In this document: piece by piece, positions 11,102 to 20,980 of the stretch
Numbering within the stretch: the stretch's first letter is position 1
Layout: each line of letters starts with the position of its first letter
DNA from: a virus
Taxonomy: Duplodnaviria > Heunggongvirae > Uroviricota > Caudoviricetes
DNA: 64,000 nt
Virus record (IMG/VR): IMGVR_UViG_3300042561_000621
Strand: one strand, 5' to 3'
Program-made: the position numbers and the translations under genes
The notes under the pieces: model-generated
What the model was told of the DNA's origin: nothing
Databases searched by the model: none
Seen by the model: only the letters and a program-made list of their open reading frames with translations

Positions 11102-11221
11102 ATGGCAGCTAAACAACCAGCAAAGAAAACTTACTCAGCAACTGCTAAGAAAGTAAGTGCAAAGAAGTCTACAACTAAAATGAGTTCTAAAATGGTTAAA
11201 CCTAGTATGGGTTGCAAATAA
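11102..11221 (+). CDS. 39-aa Lys/Ala/Ser-rich basic peptide (histone H1 tail-like)
   Basis: Translated by hand: MAAKQPAKKTYSATAKKVSAKKSTTKMSSKMVKPSMGCK*. It is followed by a terminator and falls below the ORF-track cutoff. Confidence 0.6.
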   Translation: MAAKQPAKKTYSATAKKVSAKKSTTKMSSKMVKPSMGCK

Positions 11222-11242
11222 TAAATAATAAATAATAAATAA

Positions 11243-11280
11243 AAAAAGAAGGTCTAGTTATAATATTAGACCTTCTTTTT
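11243..11280. terminator. Bidirectional intrinsic terminator
   Basis: aaaaagaaggtcta / tagaccttcttttt, 14-bp stem, between convergent ORFs. Confidence 0.8.
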
Positions 11281-11302
11281 ATTGTTTATATTTAATTAAT
11301 AA

Positions 11303-11881
11303 CTACTTAATGTTTTTATCAACAATATATGTAACATCTTCAATAACAAAAGAAATAAGCTTTCTTAATTCAACTGTTCTAATGTTACTACCATCAATAC
11401 CATCTGGTAATTCTATATCATATACAAGCATAATACCTAAACCATTGTTAGGAGTATATACAGTGCCTGTAATAGTTCTAAGACTGCCATCATGTTTAAT
11501 AAATGTGGCTGTAATGTCCTCATTCTTTTTTAGTTCACTAATAAGTTTAATAGAGTCCCATACATTTAAATTAACTGTTGTAACTTCATCATCTTCTTGT
11601 TCACCAAATTCAACTGTATTTAAATAGTAAGTTCTAAAAGTACCATTATCACTATAACTAAAATAACTAGTATCAGCTAAAATAATCATTGCATCAGATA
11701 CAATATTTTGACTAAAGTTAGGTCTAAATGTGATTGGCCCGACATCAATAGTTGCATGTCTACTCCTCAATTCATTCTTAATATCAAGTGTAGTAGTAGA
11801 ACCTTTTTCTTTAATTAACCTAACTGCTGTAGCTAAAACTAAATCATTATAAAACTCTGTTGTTGCATCATTATTATTCAT
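11303..11881 (-). CDS. Hypothetical protein with C-terminal WYL/SH3-like barrel
   Basis: ITATFIKHDGSLRTITGT...VYDIE...IRTVELRKL. Confidence 0.5.
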   Translation of the reverse strand: MNNNDATTEFYNDLVLATAVRLIKEKGSTTTLDIKNELRSRHATIDVGPITFRPNFSQNIVSDAMIILADTSYFSYSDNGTFRTYYLNTVEFGEQEDDEVTTVNLNVWDSIKLISELKKNEDITATFIKHDGSLRTITGTVYTPNNGLGIMLVYDIELPDGIDGSNIRTVELRKLISFVIEDVTYIVDKNIK

Positions 11882-11900
11882 TATATTTATCCTTTATTAA

Positions 11901-13079
11901 TTACAACCAAACTATATATTCTAAGTAACATTGTTCTTCTCTGTAAACAATGATTTCACTGTTTAATAAGCCATTACCAGCTTCAACAAAAGTACTGTCA
12001 TACCCTCTTTGCTTTAACTGATCATAAGTTAATTCAAAGTCATTTCCTCTATACCAGCCCTTATAAACATAAGGATTACCAACAAATACTTTATATATTA
12101 GTAACACCTTATCATTATCATAACCAGTATATCCTAATGATTTACTAGTAACTTCAGAAAAGTATATGCCCTCACCGTAAGCCTTACCAGAGAAGCTAAA
12201 GTTACCACTAGGTCTTATTTTTAAACCTTGTTCAATGATTGGTATAACAGAACTACATCTAGTGCCATGTATTAAATGTCTAGAATCAAAATCATGTTTA
12301 AAGTTTCCTACATACTGATTAAACTTATCTTTATGTTTAGGTACATCAACTTTAAACAACCCTTTAATTCTATTTCCAAGCTGTTTTGTTATATATTTAA
12401 TATCTTCTGGATAGTCTTTTACAACATCAATAGTTATATTTAAAGTACTAGCAATAGTGTTAATAATTGGGACATCATTACAAGTTTCTATATCACTATT
12501 AACATCTTCTATAACTTGTGATGCTAAAGCATCTAACTTATCTTGTTCTTGTTCTACAAGTTTATTTAAAGATATATTAGGCAATAAGTAATCTTGTACT
12601 TTCCTCATATATCTAGGAATAACTATATACAACTTTAACAGTAAATCATTAACATGTTGTGTATTATAATCTTCACCAACTTGGGCCAAATCATTAATAT
12701 AAAGTTGTGCTTGTTCTAATTGTCTTCTAGTAACTTGTGTAGCTTTAACACTATAAGTAGTTGATACAAGACCATCTCTATAATCCATCATCTTCTTTAA
12801 AAAGATGTCATATAATTCTTGTGTATATACAATGTTATTGGTTACATTATTACTATCTTTAACAACTGCTACAAACTCAGTAACATCTTTATACCCCTTC
12901 TTTAACTTACTTTTAATTAAAGAATTCCACTGATATAAGGGTTTAGTTATCTCAATACATGAACTATCAACTCTACCATATTTAACTTGTATACATTCAC
13001 TTGTTTCTTGCATCTCATAATACTTGTTATGATTATCTTCAGTTGTCATAACAAGTCTACAGAATCTATAATTAGTCAT
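11901..13079 (-). CDS. WGR-domain poly(ADP-ribose) polymerase (PARP)
   Basis: N-terminal WGR-like NHNKYYEM...VKYGRVD, a helical middle domain, and the catalytic H-Y-E triad: HGT, YGEGIYFS, KSLGY, NSEIIVY. Confidence 0.9.
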   Translation of the reverse strand: MTNYRFCRLVMTTEDNHNKYYEMQETSECIQVKYGRVDSSCIEITKPLYQWNSLIKSKLKKGYKDVTEFVAVVKDSNNVTNNIVYTQELYDIFLKKMMDYRDGLVSTTYSVKATQVTRRQLEQAQLYINDLAQVGEDYNTQHVNDLLLKLYIVIPRYMRKVQDYLLPNISLNKLVEQEQDKLDALASQVIEDVNSDIETCNDVPIINTIASTLNITIDVVKDYPEDIKYITKQLGNRIKGLFKVDVPKHKDKFNQYVGNFKHDFDSRHLIHGTRCSSVIPIIEQGLKIRPSGNFSFSGKAYGEGIYFSEVTSKSLGYTGYDNDKVLLIYKVFVGNPYVYKGWYRGNDFELTYDQLKQRGYDSTFVEAGNGLLNSEIIVYREEQCYLEYIVWL

Positions 13080-13096
13080 ATTAATACACTTTATAA

Positions 13097-13579
13097 TTAT
13101 TTAAATAAGCTTGTATTAACATTACTAATATTAGATGCTAATACAAATGTTAAAGGATTGATTTCATCTTCTGTTACACTCTTTAAAATATCTACAGCAG
13201 TATAAAAATCAGCACTATTATACTTACTAAAATTCAAAGGATCTAGCCAAATAATATTAACTTTAATATTAACACTATCTTCTATAAAACTAAACTCTTT
13301 ACTCTTCCAACTATTAATTGTAGTTACATCATTTAAACAATCTTTTAATACATCCCAAGTATTTTCAAAGTCATCTGAAATCTTTAATAGGCCCTTAATT
13401 TGAGCCAAAAAAGAAGCTTTATCAAATGTCTTTGTACCATCCAATACAAGATAAATGTTATTAGAATCTTCTGTATTTATCTCTGTCATATTATGCCTTT
13501 TGTTTCTTTTTCCTAATATAGGTTCTAGTTTCAATAAGATCCAGTTGTTGCAATTCTGCAATAGCTTTATTAGCTTCAT
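13097..13579 (-). CDS. Barstar-like ribonuclease inhibitor
   Basis: KASFLAQIKGLL...DFENTWDVLKDCLND matches the barstar family pattern. The likely start is the ATG at 13489. Confidence 0.7.
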   Translation of the reverse strand: MKLIKLLQNCNNWILLKLEPILGKRNKRHNMTEINTEDSNNIYLVLDGTKTFDKASFLAQIKGLLKISDDFENTWDVLKDCLNDVTTINSWKSKEFSFIEDSVNIKVNIIWLDPLNFSKYNSADFYTAVDILKSVTEDEINPLTFVLASNISNVNTSLFK

Positions 13580-13703
13580 TAGGAGTAAGCCTACAACTTA
13601 CAGCTTGATTAATTACATCAATATACTTGCTTGTACTATAAAGACTGTAGTATAAAATAGCAGCCTCTTTACTTAGTAATTGATCAGTTAGTGTTATTCC
13701 CAA
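13491..13703 (-). CDS. Small winged-HTH protein
   Basis: LTPNEANKAIAELQQLDLIE pattern. Confidence 0.45.
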   Translation of the reverse strand: MGITLTDQLLSKEAAILYYSLYSTSKYIDVINQAVSCRLTPNEANKAIAELQQLDLIETRTYIRKKKQKA

Positions 13704-13872
13704 TATTTTACTGCCCTATCAATCCAAATATAAAATCTAGTCTTCCACGACTTAAACTTTATTGTTTTATTAACTATATATTCTTCAATTAAACTGCCAA
13801 TAGCAATAAGAATAAATGGACTTATAAAAACACAAACTATTATTAATAATGAAATAAATAGATCTAAAATAT

Positions 13873-14514
13873 TTAATAACCCCAGGCTTTAATAGTATGT
13901 TCAAAGGGATTACCTTCTATATTTTTAACTAATTCAAGCATTTGTTCTACCACATCTCTAGTCTCTTTTTGCACATCATCTTTAATTCTAAGGTTGCACA
14001 AATGCATAAATGCTAAGAAGCTACCAGTCCATATAAACTCTGTCTCTAAAGATAAAGGAAGCACTGATCTAGCTTGTTCTTTAGCAACTCCAAGATCTAA
14101 TAACTCTTTATATCTAGTCTTACAAAATTCAATAACTTCATCTTGTATTGTATGAGCAATGTCTTGATTATCAATCAATCCTTCACTACCTTGTTTAGAT
14201 GATTTAGATTGTTTTCTCCATTCATCTATATAGTAATAGCTATCACTAAAATCAACATATCTTCCACTTATACTATTAATGGAAATTCCAACAGCGTGTT
14301 TAAAAATCTGGCGTTCTACATAAATTGAACATCTAATTCTAAATTGCAACTGAGGATGTCTAAAACAACTAGTATGCTTATGTTTATACAAGTAGTTTAT
14401 AAGCTTTGCATTCTGTTCTTCTGTGTAGTTAGAAGCTTCTTTTTGGTAGGAGACTCTTGCGACAGAAGCCACCATAAAGTCATTACCAAAGTAATTTAAT
14501 AGTTCAACTTGCAT
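13873..14514 (-). CDS. thyX: FAD-dependent thymidylate synthase
   Basis: ARVSY, HTSCFRH, ERQIFKH...SGRY, EQARSVLP. Confidence 0.95.
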   Translation of the reverse strand: MQVELLNYFGNDFMVASVARVSYQKEASNYTEEQNAKLINYLYKHKHTSCFRHPQLQFRIRCSIYVERQIFKHAVGISINSISGRYVDFSDSYYYIDEWRKQSKSSKQGSEGLIDNQDIAHTIQDEVIEFCKTRYKELLDLGVAKEQARSVLPLSLETEFIWTGSFLAFMHLCNLRIKDDVQKETRDVVEQMLELVKNIEGNPFEHTIKAWGY

Positions 14515-14824
14515 TATCTACTCCAACTGTATTTTCAGAACCATCTTTAGCAACTTTATAATTGAACTTAATAGACTTAATATTAAGTCTATTATCACTA
14601 TTAACATTATTTCTAACTTCATTTAGTAGTTGTTTACTATTATAAGTTTGCAATACTTGTCTAGCAACATTTAGAGAGCTATATACAACATTAGTATTAG
14701 AATTAACAGAGTCCAATACTACAACATTTAATTCATTAGTAATGTATTCTGTGCTATGCCTATTTTGTCTTGTAAGTACAAACTGATCTGTACTAATTTG
14801 ATGTATTTTAAACTTATTATTCAT
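14504..14824 (-). CDS. Hypothetical protein
   Basis: Overlap-coupled ORF on the dominant strand. Confidence 0.55.
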   Translation of the reverse strand: MNNKFKIHQISTDQFVLTRQNRHSTEYITNELNVVVLDSVNSNTNVVYSSLNVARQVLQTYNSKQLLNEVRNNVNSDNRLNIKSIKFNYKVAKDGSENTVGVDNAS

Positions 14825-15389
14825 TTAATTCTCTATCTTTTTCAATTTTATTATTAACTATAATCATTAACATCTCCAACCACTTCTTATACAAATCATA
14901 ATTAATATCTTGTGAGCCTTTTACATTTAAACTATTAGGGCAAAGTCTAAGACTAGTGCAAACGTAAGATATTTTAATATATTCTTCTAAATGATTAAGA
15001 GTGTTTTTATACTTATCTGTTTGTGTAGATGCAAGGTTACAAAAGGATGACATAGCTTCAAACTCTTCTTGATAATATTGTTTAGTTGCAGGATGAGAAT
15101 GATAACTAAGCAGAAAATCATAGTTAGATAAAAGCCATTTCCACACATTAACATTAACAAAGAATACATCTTTAATATTATTATCAATAGGTTCAAACTC
15201 TTCTAAAGCACCATAATCATCATATGTACCTAAATATATATTTAAGTTATAAGGTGCTTTAATAATAAATTTAGTATTATCAGTATCAAATAACATATTT
15301 AGAATATTATTACCAACAAACATATAACAGAGTTCACCCTCTCTTATTGGTAACTTTGATAATAAACAAGTCTCAGTCCAACAACCCAT
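14817..15389 (-). CDS. Hypothetical protein
   Basis: 190-aa coupled ORF. Confidence 0.6.
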   Translation of the reverse strand: MGCWTETCLLSKLPIREGELCYMFVGNNILNMLFDTDNTKFIIKAPYNLNIYLGTYDDYGALEEFEPIDNNIKDVFFVNVNVWKWLLSNYDFLLSYHSHPATKQYYQEEFEAMSSFCNLASTQTDKYKNTLNHLEEYIKISYVCTSLRLCPNSLNVKGSQDINYDLYKKWLEMLMIIVNNKIEKDRELNE

Positions 15390-15407
15390 AATAAAACATA
15401 TTATTAA

Positions 15408-15965
15408 TTACAAACCACCACTACTAGCAAAGCCATTATCACCTCTTTCAGTTGGAGGTAATTCATCAACAAACTCAACTTTACAACCATAACCATTAGG
15501 ATTAACAAGTTGTACTAATCTAGTACCTTTAGCAATAATAATGTATTCTAAACCTCTATTCATATCTAGATGTCTTTCTTCTGAATAAACATAACCATTA
15601 TCATTAAATAAAACATGATCTACAAGAGCAATAATATTACCTCTATAAAGATCAATAGTGCCTGGCGTATTACTAATTCTAAGTCTAGTTTTAGCGCCAG
15701 TGCCTGATCTAGGTCTTAAATCATAACCAACTTCATGTTCATGTTGAAATTGTGTGTCTTCTTCATATACATAATAACCAGCAACTTGAACTTGATGATC
15801 AATCTTATTACTACCACTACCAATATAGATCTTATAATCCTCTGGCACAATAAGATCAAACCCTCTATCACCAAACTTATAGTTAGTCTTATAACTATCA
15901 ATGTAAGCTTGTTTTAGTTCTTCATCTTTAACCACAATTCTGTATGTAATATCTTGTCTTTGCAT
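15408..15965 (-). CDS. dut: dUTP diphosphatase
   Basis: GFDL, RPRSG, GTIDLYRG, RLVQL, RGDNGFASSG. Confidence 0.93.
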   Translation of the reverse strand: MQRQDITYRIVVKDEELKQAYIDSYKTNYKFGDRGFDLIVPEDYKIYIGSGSNKIDHQVQVAGYYVYEEDTQFQHEHEVGYDLRPRSGTGAKTRLRISNTPGTIDLYRGNIIALVDHVLFNDNGYVYSEERHLDMNRGLEYIIIAKGTRLVQLVNPNGYGCKVEFVDELPPTERGDNGFASSGGL

Positions 15966-16077
15966 AGTGTTTATACTTTATCTAATATGTTTTTTTATTT
16001 AAATAATCAAACTTAATTTATCCTAGTATATTCAATTATAAATGTGAGAAGGTAGTTGTTGTCTCTTGTAATATCTT

Positions 16078-16422
16078 ATGTTTATAACTGATGAAATACA
16101 ACACTTTATCTCTACTAATGACCCTAACACATGTAAAAGCTTTTACACTAAATTATGTAAGTTATTGTTTAAGAATAAAATACTACAAGAGACTAATTAT
16201 AGATGTATATACTGCAATGGTTTAGCTACAACATTAGATCATATTATAGCTAAAAACAATGGAGGTAATACTCTCCAAAGTAACTTAGTAGGTGCTTGTG
16301 AAACATGTAATAGGAGTAAAGGAACTACTTATTGGAAGATATGGTATAGAGAGAAAAGCTTTTACAATGAAGCTAGTGAAAAGTATATTTGCACTAAGTT
16401 AAAAACTAATAAAAGACTTTAA
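16078..16422 (+). CDS. HNH endonuclease
   Basis: CIYCNG..TLDHII..GG...NLVGACETCNRSKG; oriented against the surrounding operon. Confidence 0.9.
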   Translation: MFITDEIQHFISTNDPNTCKSFYTKLCKLLFKNKILQETNYRCIYCNGLATTLDHIIAKNNGGNTLQSNLVGACETCNRSKGTTYWKIWYREKSFYNEASEKYICTKLKTNKRL

Positions 16423-17405
16423 TCCTTATCTACAAAATCAACAACGCCTAACCCTTTACAATGAGGACAATCAACTAAAGGTTTGTTTATTTCTGTTATT
16501 AGATTAGTTAAATAAGTGTCAATGTTATCCTTTAAATCCTGTAATGAACTACCTTTAAAAGGAGTTACAACTGTATGTTTCTCATAAGGTTTAGGACAAC
16601 ACTCAAAGATAGTAATTGTTCTTTTATCTCTATACTTAGTAACAGTTTTAGGTTTCTTTTTACTCTTACCAAGTATAGTTTCTAGTACATGATAAATCTC
16701 AGTGTTCTCAAGTCTTATATTCTTATTAACTGTTAAACAGAAGTTATAATCAGTTAGAGTAGCCCAAGTATTATCAATGTGTTGCTTAATATAAGATCTA
16801 ATAATGCCATATGTATGCTCAGCACTTAAACAGCAAGGACAACTATCAATGAACATATCAGGTGTTGTTAGTTCATTAATTAATTGATATTCAACTGATT
16901 TGTCAGTTACTCTAACTGTTTGAGTATTATATGCTCCAGGTAATATAGCACAATAATTAAAACCACTTGTATCATTAGGTTCAACTAAATCACAATCATA
17001 TTTAGTTATAACATCTAAGTAAAACTTAATATCTTCTAATTGAGCTGGTTCAACGTCATGTACTTCTTTGTATAAGCTAAATACATCTTCAAATTCTGGT
17101 CTAGCAATCCAACCATCTTCTTGATCATGATAAACAAATTCATCTCTACTATAGGATTTTGGTAAATCAAAAGTAACAGTATCTTTCAACTCATATCTAT
17201 GATTAATACTCTTTGAATATCCTAATCTACTAACTGTAATTGGCACTTTATCTAATTTATACCAATCTTTTTTACATGATGCAACAGCCTTTACACCATC
17301 AAATAATAAACTAGTTACTTGATCATTATAACTGCCATAAGGTTCTGCATTTGCTATAAAACAACCATCATTAAACACTACAATTTTAAACTTAACAGCA
17401 CTCAT
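16419..17405 (-). CDS. Conserved phage hypothetical protein with C-terminal CxxC
   Basis: 328-aa ORF with AAGGA RBS, ending DCPHCKGLG. Confidence 0.6.
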   Translation of the reverse strand: MSAVKFKIVVFNDGCFIANAEPYGSYNDQVTSLLFDGVKAVASCKKDWYKLDKVPITVSRLGYSKSINHRYELKDTVTFDLPKSYSRDEFVYHDQEDGWIARPEFEDVFSLYKEVHDVEPAQLEDIKFYLDVITKYDCDLVEPNDTSGFNYCAILPGAYNTQTVRVTDKSVEYQLINELTTPDMFIDSCPCCLSAEHTYGIIRSYIKQHIDNTWATLTDYNFCLTVNKNIRLENTEIYHVLETILGKSKKKPKTVTKYRDKRTITIFECCPKPYEKHTVVTPFKGSSLQDLKDNIDTYLTNLITEINKPLVDCPHCKGLGVVDFVDKD

Positions 17406-17425
17406 ATTATTAATTCCTTATTACT

Positions 17426-18001
17426 TTATAAGTTTTTCCAAATACCATCAACAATCTTTCTTTTAATAAGATCCTCACTAAATAAATATATATCTTCTTT
17501 GGCCCAATTACACTTAAATTCTTTAGTTAAATAAACATTATTAACACATTTAACTAGATGTTTATATAACTTATCTCTTGCCTTAACAGCCTGTTGATTA
17601 TCATTAAACTCAAAGTTCATTGGATGAAATAATGCATATGTATTAGGATAAACAAAAGTAAAACAGTTGGTAAATAGTAAGTATGTAGCACTACTACAAA
17701 CGCCACTTGTAGCTATTACATTAATATCCTTATAATTCAAATTCAAGTAATTATAAAGCATTAATGTTGGTGTAACAACGCCACCACTACTACCAATGTA
17801 TAAATTAACTTTACTATTAACATGTTTACTATTTAAACATGTTTGTATGTCTTTAATAAGGTTATTAATACCTACTAAAGTTAAATCACCTGTGTACCAA
17901 ATATCATTACCAATAACATTGATATGAGGCTCCCAATCTTTTTTATCATTCATATTATTACTCATATTTACTAAATTAAATGATACCTTACTATAAAACA
18001 A
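17426..18001 (-). CDS. ClpP-like protease subunit
   Basis: LYIGSSGG.V, GVCSSAT (Ser), ALFHP (His), DIYLFSED. Confidence 0.7.
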   Translation of the reverse strand: MFYSKVSFNLVNMSNNMNDKKDWEPHINVIGNDIWYTGDLTLVGINNLIKDIQTCLNSKHVNSKVNLYIGSSGGVVTPTLMLYNYLNLNYKDINVIATSGVCSSATYLLFTNCFTFVYPNTYALFHPMNFEFNDNQQAVKARDKLYKHLVKCVNNVYLTKEFKCNWAKEDIYLFSEDLIKRKIVDGIWKNL

Positions 18002-18468
18002 AACAATTTAGAAACTACTTAAACATATTCTTACTAATAGTATATTCACACTTATTTGAACATGTAACACAAATGTTTCAACTATATGTATTACATTGGA
18101 CAAGACCACAATCATTAGGTTTATTGGGCCTTGTATGGCCTTGGCTAATACATAGTGAATATCTACATTATGGACATGCTTTATTTATGTTAGTTGGTAT
18201 ATACTACCTAACTAAATACATGTATAACAGACAATCTTTATGGTGGATGCAACTAACATTGGTGTTAGCTTTTTACCACCATTTTGAACACTTGTTATTA
18301 CTTATACAATCAATTAGTCATGTATACTTCTTTGATAAAATGATGCCAACAAGCATAGGACAACTATTTATTCCAAGAATAGAATTACACTTTATATACA
18401 ACTTAATAGTTGGTATACCAATGATGATTGCATTAAATAAGAATAAGCTTCATACCCTTCACCTCTAG
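17980..18468 (+). CDS. His-rich integral membrane protein
   Basis: About four TM helices with HLFEH, EYLHYGH, HHFEH and RIELHF motifs; lies on the minority strand. Confidence 0.7.
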   Translation: MIPYYKTKQFRNYLNIFLLIVYSHLFEHVTQMFQLYVLHWTRPQSLGLLGLVWPWLIHSEYLHYGHALFMLVGIYYLTKYMYNRQSLWWMQLTLVLAFYHHFEHLLLLIQSISHVYFFDKMMPTSIGQLFIPRIELHFIYNLIVGIPMMIALNKNKLHTLHL

Positions 18469-18509
18469 TATCAAAAAAGTCTGTAATCTTTATAGCATAT
18501 TTCATATTA

Positions 18510-18875
18510 CTATTCTTTTCTAATTTCTATATTATTATTTCTACAATAAGTATCAATTAACACCTGTTGTGCTTCCCAACCTTCTTTGTCATAAGTAGGA
18601 ATCCATTCTTCATCTATACCCATCTGAGCATCTTTATAGAGAGTACTTAATAGAGTTATTAACTCTTCCTCATTATCTTTATTATTAATACATTTTATTA
18701 TAAATTGACTTTCACTACCTTCTGAGTTATCACCACTATCAACCCATTCAATTGCTTTACAAGCTTCAGCTACTAAGTTTAAATGTTGTTTAAAAGCTAT
18801 TCTGTGAGGTGTTGTTAATTCAAACTCTGCATCTTCTATTCTTCTATATAAATAGTCCATTGAACCACCAGACAT
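18510..18875 (-). CDS. Hypothetical phage protein (MSGGSMDYLY type)
   Basis: 121-aa ORF with a common phage N-terminus. Confidence 0.6.
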   Translation of the reverse strand: MSGGSMDYLYRRIEDAEFELTTPHRIAFKQHLNLVAEACKAIEWVDSGDNSEGSESQFIIKCINNKDNEEELITLLSTLYKDAQMGIDEEWIPTYDKEGWEAQQVLIDTYCRNNNIEIRKE

Positions 18876-18876
18876 G

Positions 18877-19045
18877 TTATTCCTCTTCTTTAATATCTTC
18901 TAAATATTCTTTAATTACATCTTGTAATTTAGTAATAGGTTTTTTATTAGAGCCCCCCAATTATAGCTAACATTCTATATTTCATTCCCCTGTTTTGCCA
19001 CTTTCTAGTAGCTTTATGACTATTAGGTTTTTTAGATAAAGGCAT
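18877..19045 (-). pseudogene. Small ORF frameshifted at a G6 tract
   Basis: MPLSKKPNSH...IIGG reaches TAA at 18947. Removing one G from the run at 18953-18958 gives an open 55-aa ORF whose stop (18877) lies 1 nt before the next ATG. Confidence 0.45.
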
Positions 19046-19049
19046 AATA

Positions 19050-20249
19050 TTAAATCTTTCTATCTAATTCTTTAACTTTACCAAATCTAGGAGCGCCATC
19101 TTCTGTTAACTCAAAGTACTTAATAGTAGTTGGTTTACCTATATATTCATCCTTATTCTTTAACCATTCAGCACACTGTTCATATGTGCCAACAATGTCA
19201 GCATTAAAGCCATCAAACACTGCAATTCTTGCTTTACCACTCCAATTACCTTCCCCTTCTAACATGTCTACAAGTGTATATTCAGAGTCAATCCACTCCT
19301 TTCTTTTAAGTAAATACTTAGTTCTTTTATTAATATAAGGAGTATTAAATTTAATCATCTGACCCTCATATTGATTTTGTAGATATGTTCTATACAAGTT
19401 ATCTATGTATGTAAAGTTGTCACTTATTGTTGAGGTTTGATCTACTAAATATAAAGGAGCTTCTAAAGAAAGATTAACAAACCACAGTATTAACTGACTA
19501 TATCTATCTTCAAATAAATCATCACTAATATAATCAAACACATGAAAGTTAAGTAGTTTAGAATCTAGTCTTTCAACTAATCTATCTGGTTTTGACACTG
19601 TTCTATTATATTTAGTATTTAGTACTTCATCAGTGTTATAGCCTCTTCTAAAGATAGACATGATATCATCAAAGCCAATATCATCATGATTGTATAGTTC
19701 ACCATCTAATACAACATCAGGATTAACATTAAAGAAGGGTATCAAAGTTTCACTAATATGATCACATGACTTAATAACCTCACCTGTTCTAGTAAATAAA
19801 CCTTGCCTTTTAGCTAGACAACGCCCACCATCCATCTTTGAACTTATAAATACTTTTTGGGGTTTTTGCTTTGCTAACTTATCCTTATAATCTTTCCAAT
19901 TAAGAGCTAACATAGGCTTGATTAAAGTACCACAATCTATTTGTTTAATAGACTCAAAATACCCTTCTTTTAGTTTTTTAGTGTAGTTATTATCAACTTC
20001 AAACTTAGCTTGTTCTGACCCTAATCTTTCATTCTTTTTACCTATATTCTTAGGTTTAACAGTAGTCCAATCACTTACTTGTAACTTACCTTCTAATTGA
20101 CCAATAATACTTCTATAACCACTAGCATAAAGTTCTTGACCCCATATTTGAATAGCGCCAGTGCTAGTTCTTTTATATAGAAACTTAATAGTATCAACAT
20201 CAACCTTGTTATCTTTTAATGTTTGTAAATCTTTAATTTGAGTATTCAT
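19050..20249 (-). CDS. lig: ATP-dependent DNA ligase
   Basis: KMDGGR (KxDG), LDGELY, FHVFD, EGQMIK, LLKRK, and a C-terminal OB fold. Confidence 0.93.
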   Translation of the reverse strand: MNTQIKDLQTLKDNKVDVDTIKFLYKRTSTGAIQIWGQELYASGYRSIIGQLEGKLQVSDWTTVKPKNIGKKNERLGSEQAKFEVDNNYTKKLKEGYFESIKQIDCGTLIKPMLALNWKDYKDKLAKQKPQKVFISSKMDGGRCLAKRQGLFTRTGEVIKSCDHISETLIPFFNVNPDVVLDGELYNHDDIGFDDIMSIFRRGYNTDEVLNTKYNRTVSKPDRLVERLDSKLLNFHVFDYISDDLFEDRYSQLILWFVNLSLEAPLYLVDQTSTISDNFTYIDNLYRTYLQNQYEGQMIKFNTPYINKRTKYLLKRKEWIDSEYTLVDMLEGEGNWSGKARIAVFDGFNADIVGTYEQCAEWLKNKDEYIGKPTTIKYFELTEDGAPRFGKVKELDRKI

Positions 20250-20670
20250 TTAGTGCTATTTCATCCATTATTAATATATTCTTTTCTTTATATTTCTTAG
20301 TGAATCTTTTACCATTAAAAGTATGAGTACAGCAGTTACAACTAGGTTCTAATGTAGTGTGATTAATACTTTTATCTACATATTGTAATAAGCCTTTATC
20401 ATCTACATACAAAGAACTATAATAAGTACTTTCACCAACTCTTATATAACCTAATAAAGTATTTACATCTTTATTAGTACTTACCATCCAATGAATAGGA
20501 ATAGTACTATTAAGTCTTGGTTTAACATCTTTATAAACTTCATTCCAAGGTTGGCCCACTTTACTTAATAAGTACTTGAATAAAGGTGTATAATCCCATC
20601 CAAGTTGAGCGCCATGACAGGTGTTGTTATTCTTTTTATAAAGTCTAGATTTAAACATATTAGGCTTCAT
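20233..20670 (-). CDS. Conserved hypothetical protein
   Basis: DYTPLFKYLLSKVG...PSCNCCTHTFNG; coupled ORF. Confidence 0.6.
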   Translation of the reverse strand: MKPNMFKSRLYKKNNNTCHGAQLGWDYTPLFKYLLSKVGQPWNEVYKDVKPRLNSTIPIHWMVSTNKDVNTLLGYIRVGESTYYSSLYVDDKGLLQYVDKSINHTTLEPSCNCCTHTFNGKRFTKKYKEKNILIMDEIALNEYSN

Positions 20671-20680
20671 TTATTAAATA

Positions 20681-20977
20681 TTAAATCTCATTACTAGCAT
20701 TATAAATGTCCAAACTATCCATTATTTTAAGACCTTCATCACAAGTAATTCTGCCATGTAATATATCTTGATTACATAATAATTCTTTTAACAAGTAACT
20801 ACATTCTTTATCATCAATAGTATATTCTGGTACTAAGTTATATAACATTTCTATACCAGTTGCAAAGTGTTGATAAGCAGAACAAGGTGCATCTTCTTCT
20901 TTAATATTAGACATTAATAAGTTATTTAATGCATATGTTATTTGTTGTTTAAGGTAACAATCAGGTTCTTTATTCAT
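20681..20977 (-). CDS. Hypothetical protein
   Basis: ORF in the operon. Confidence 0.5.
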   Translation of the reverse strand: MNKEPDCYLKQQITYALNNLLMSNIKEEDAPCSAYQHFATGIEMLYNLVPEYTIDDKECSYLLKELLCNQDILHGRITCDEGLKIMDSLDIYNASNEI

Positions 20978-20980
20978 ATA

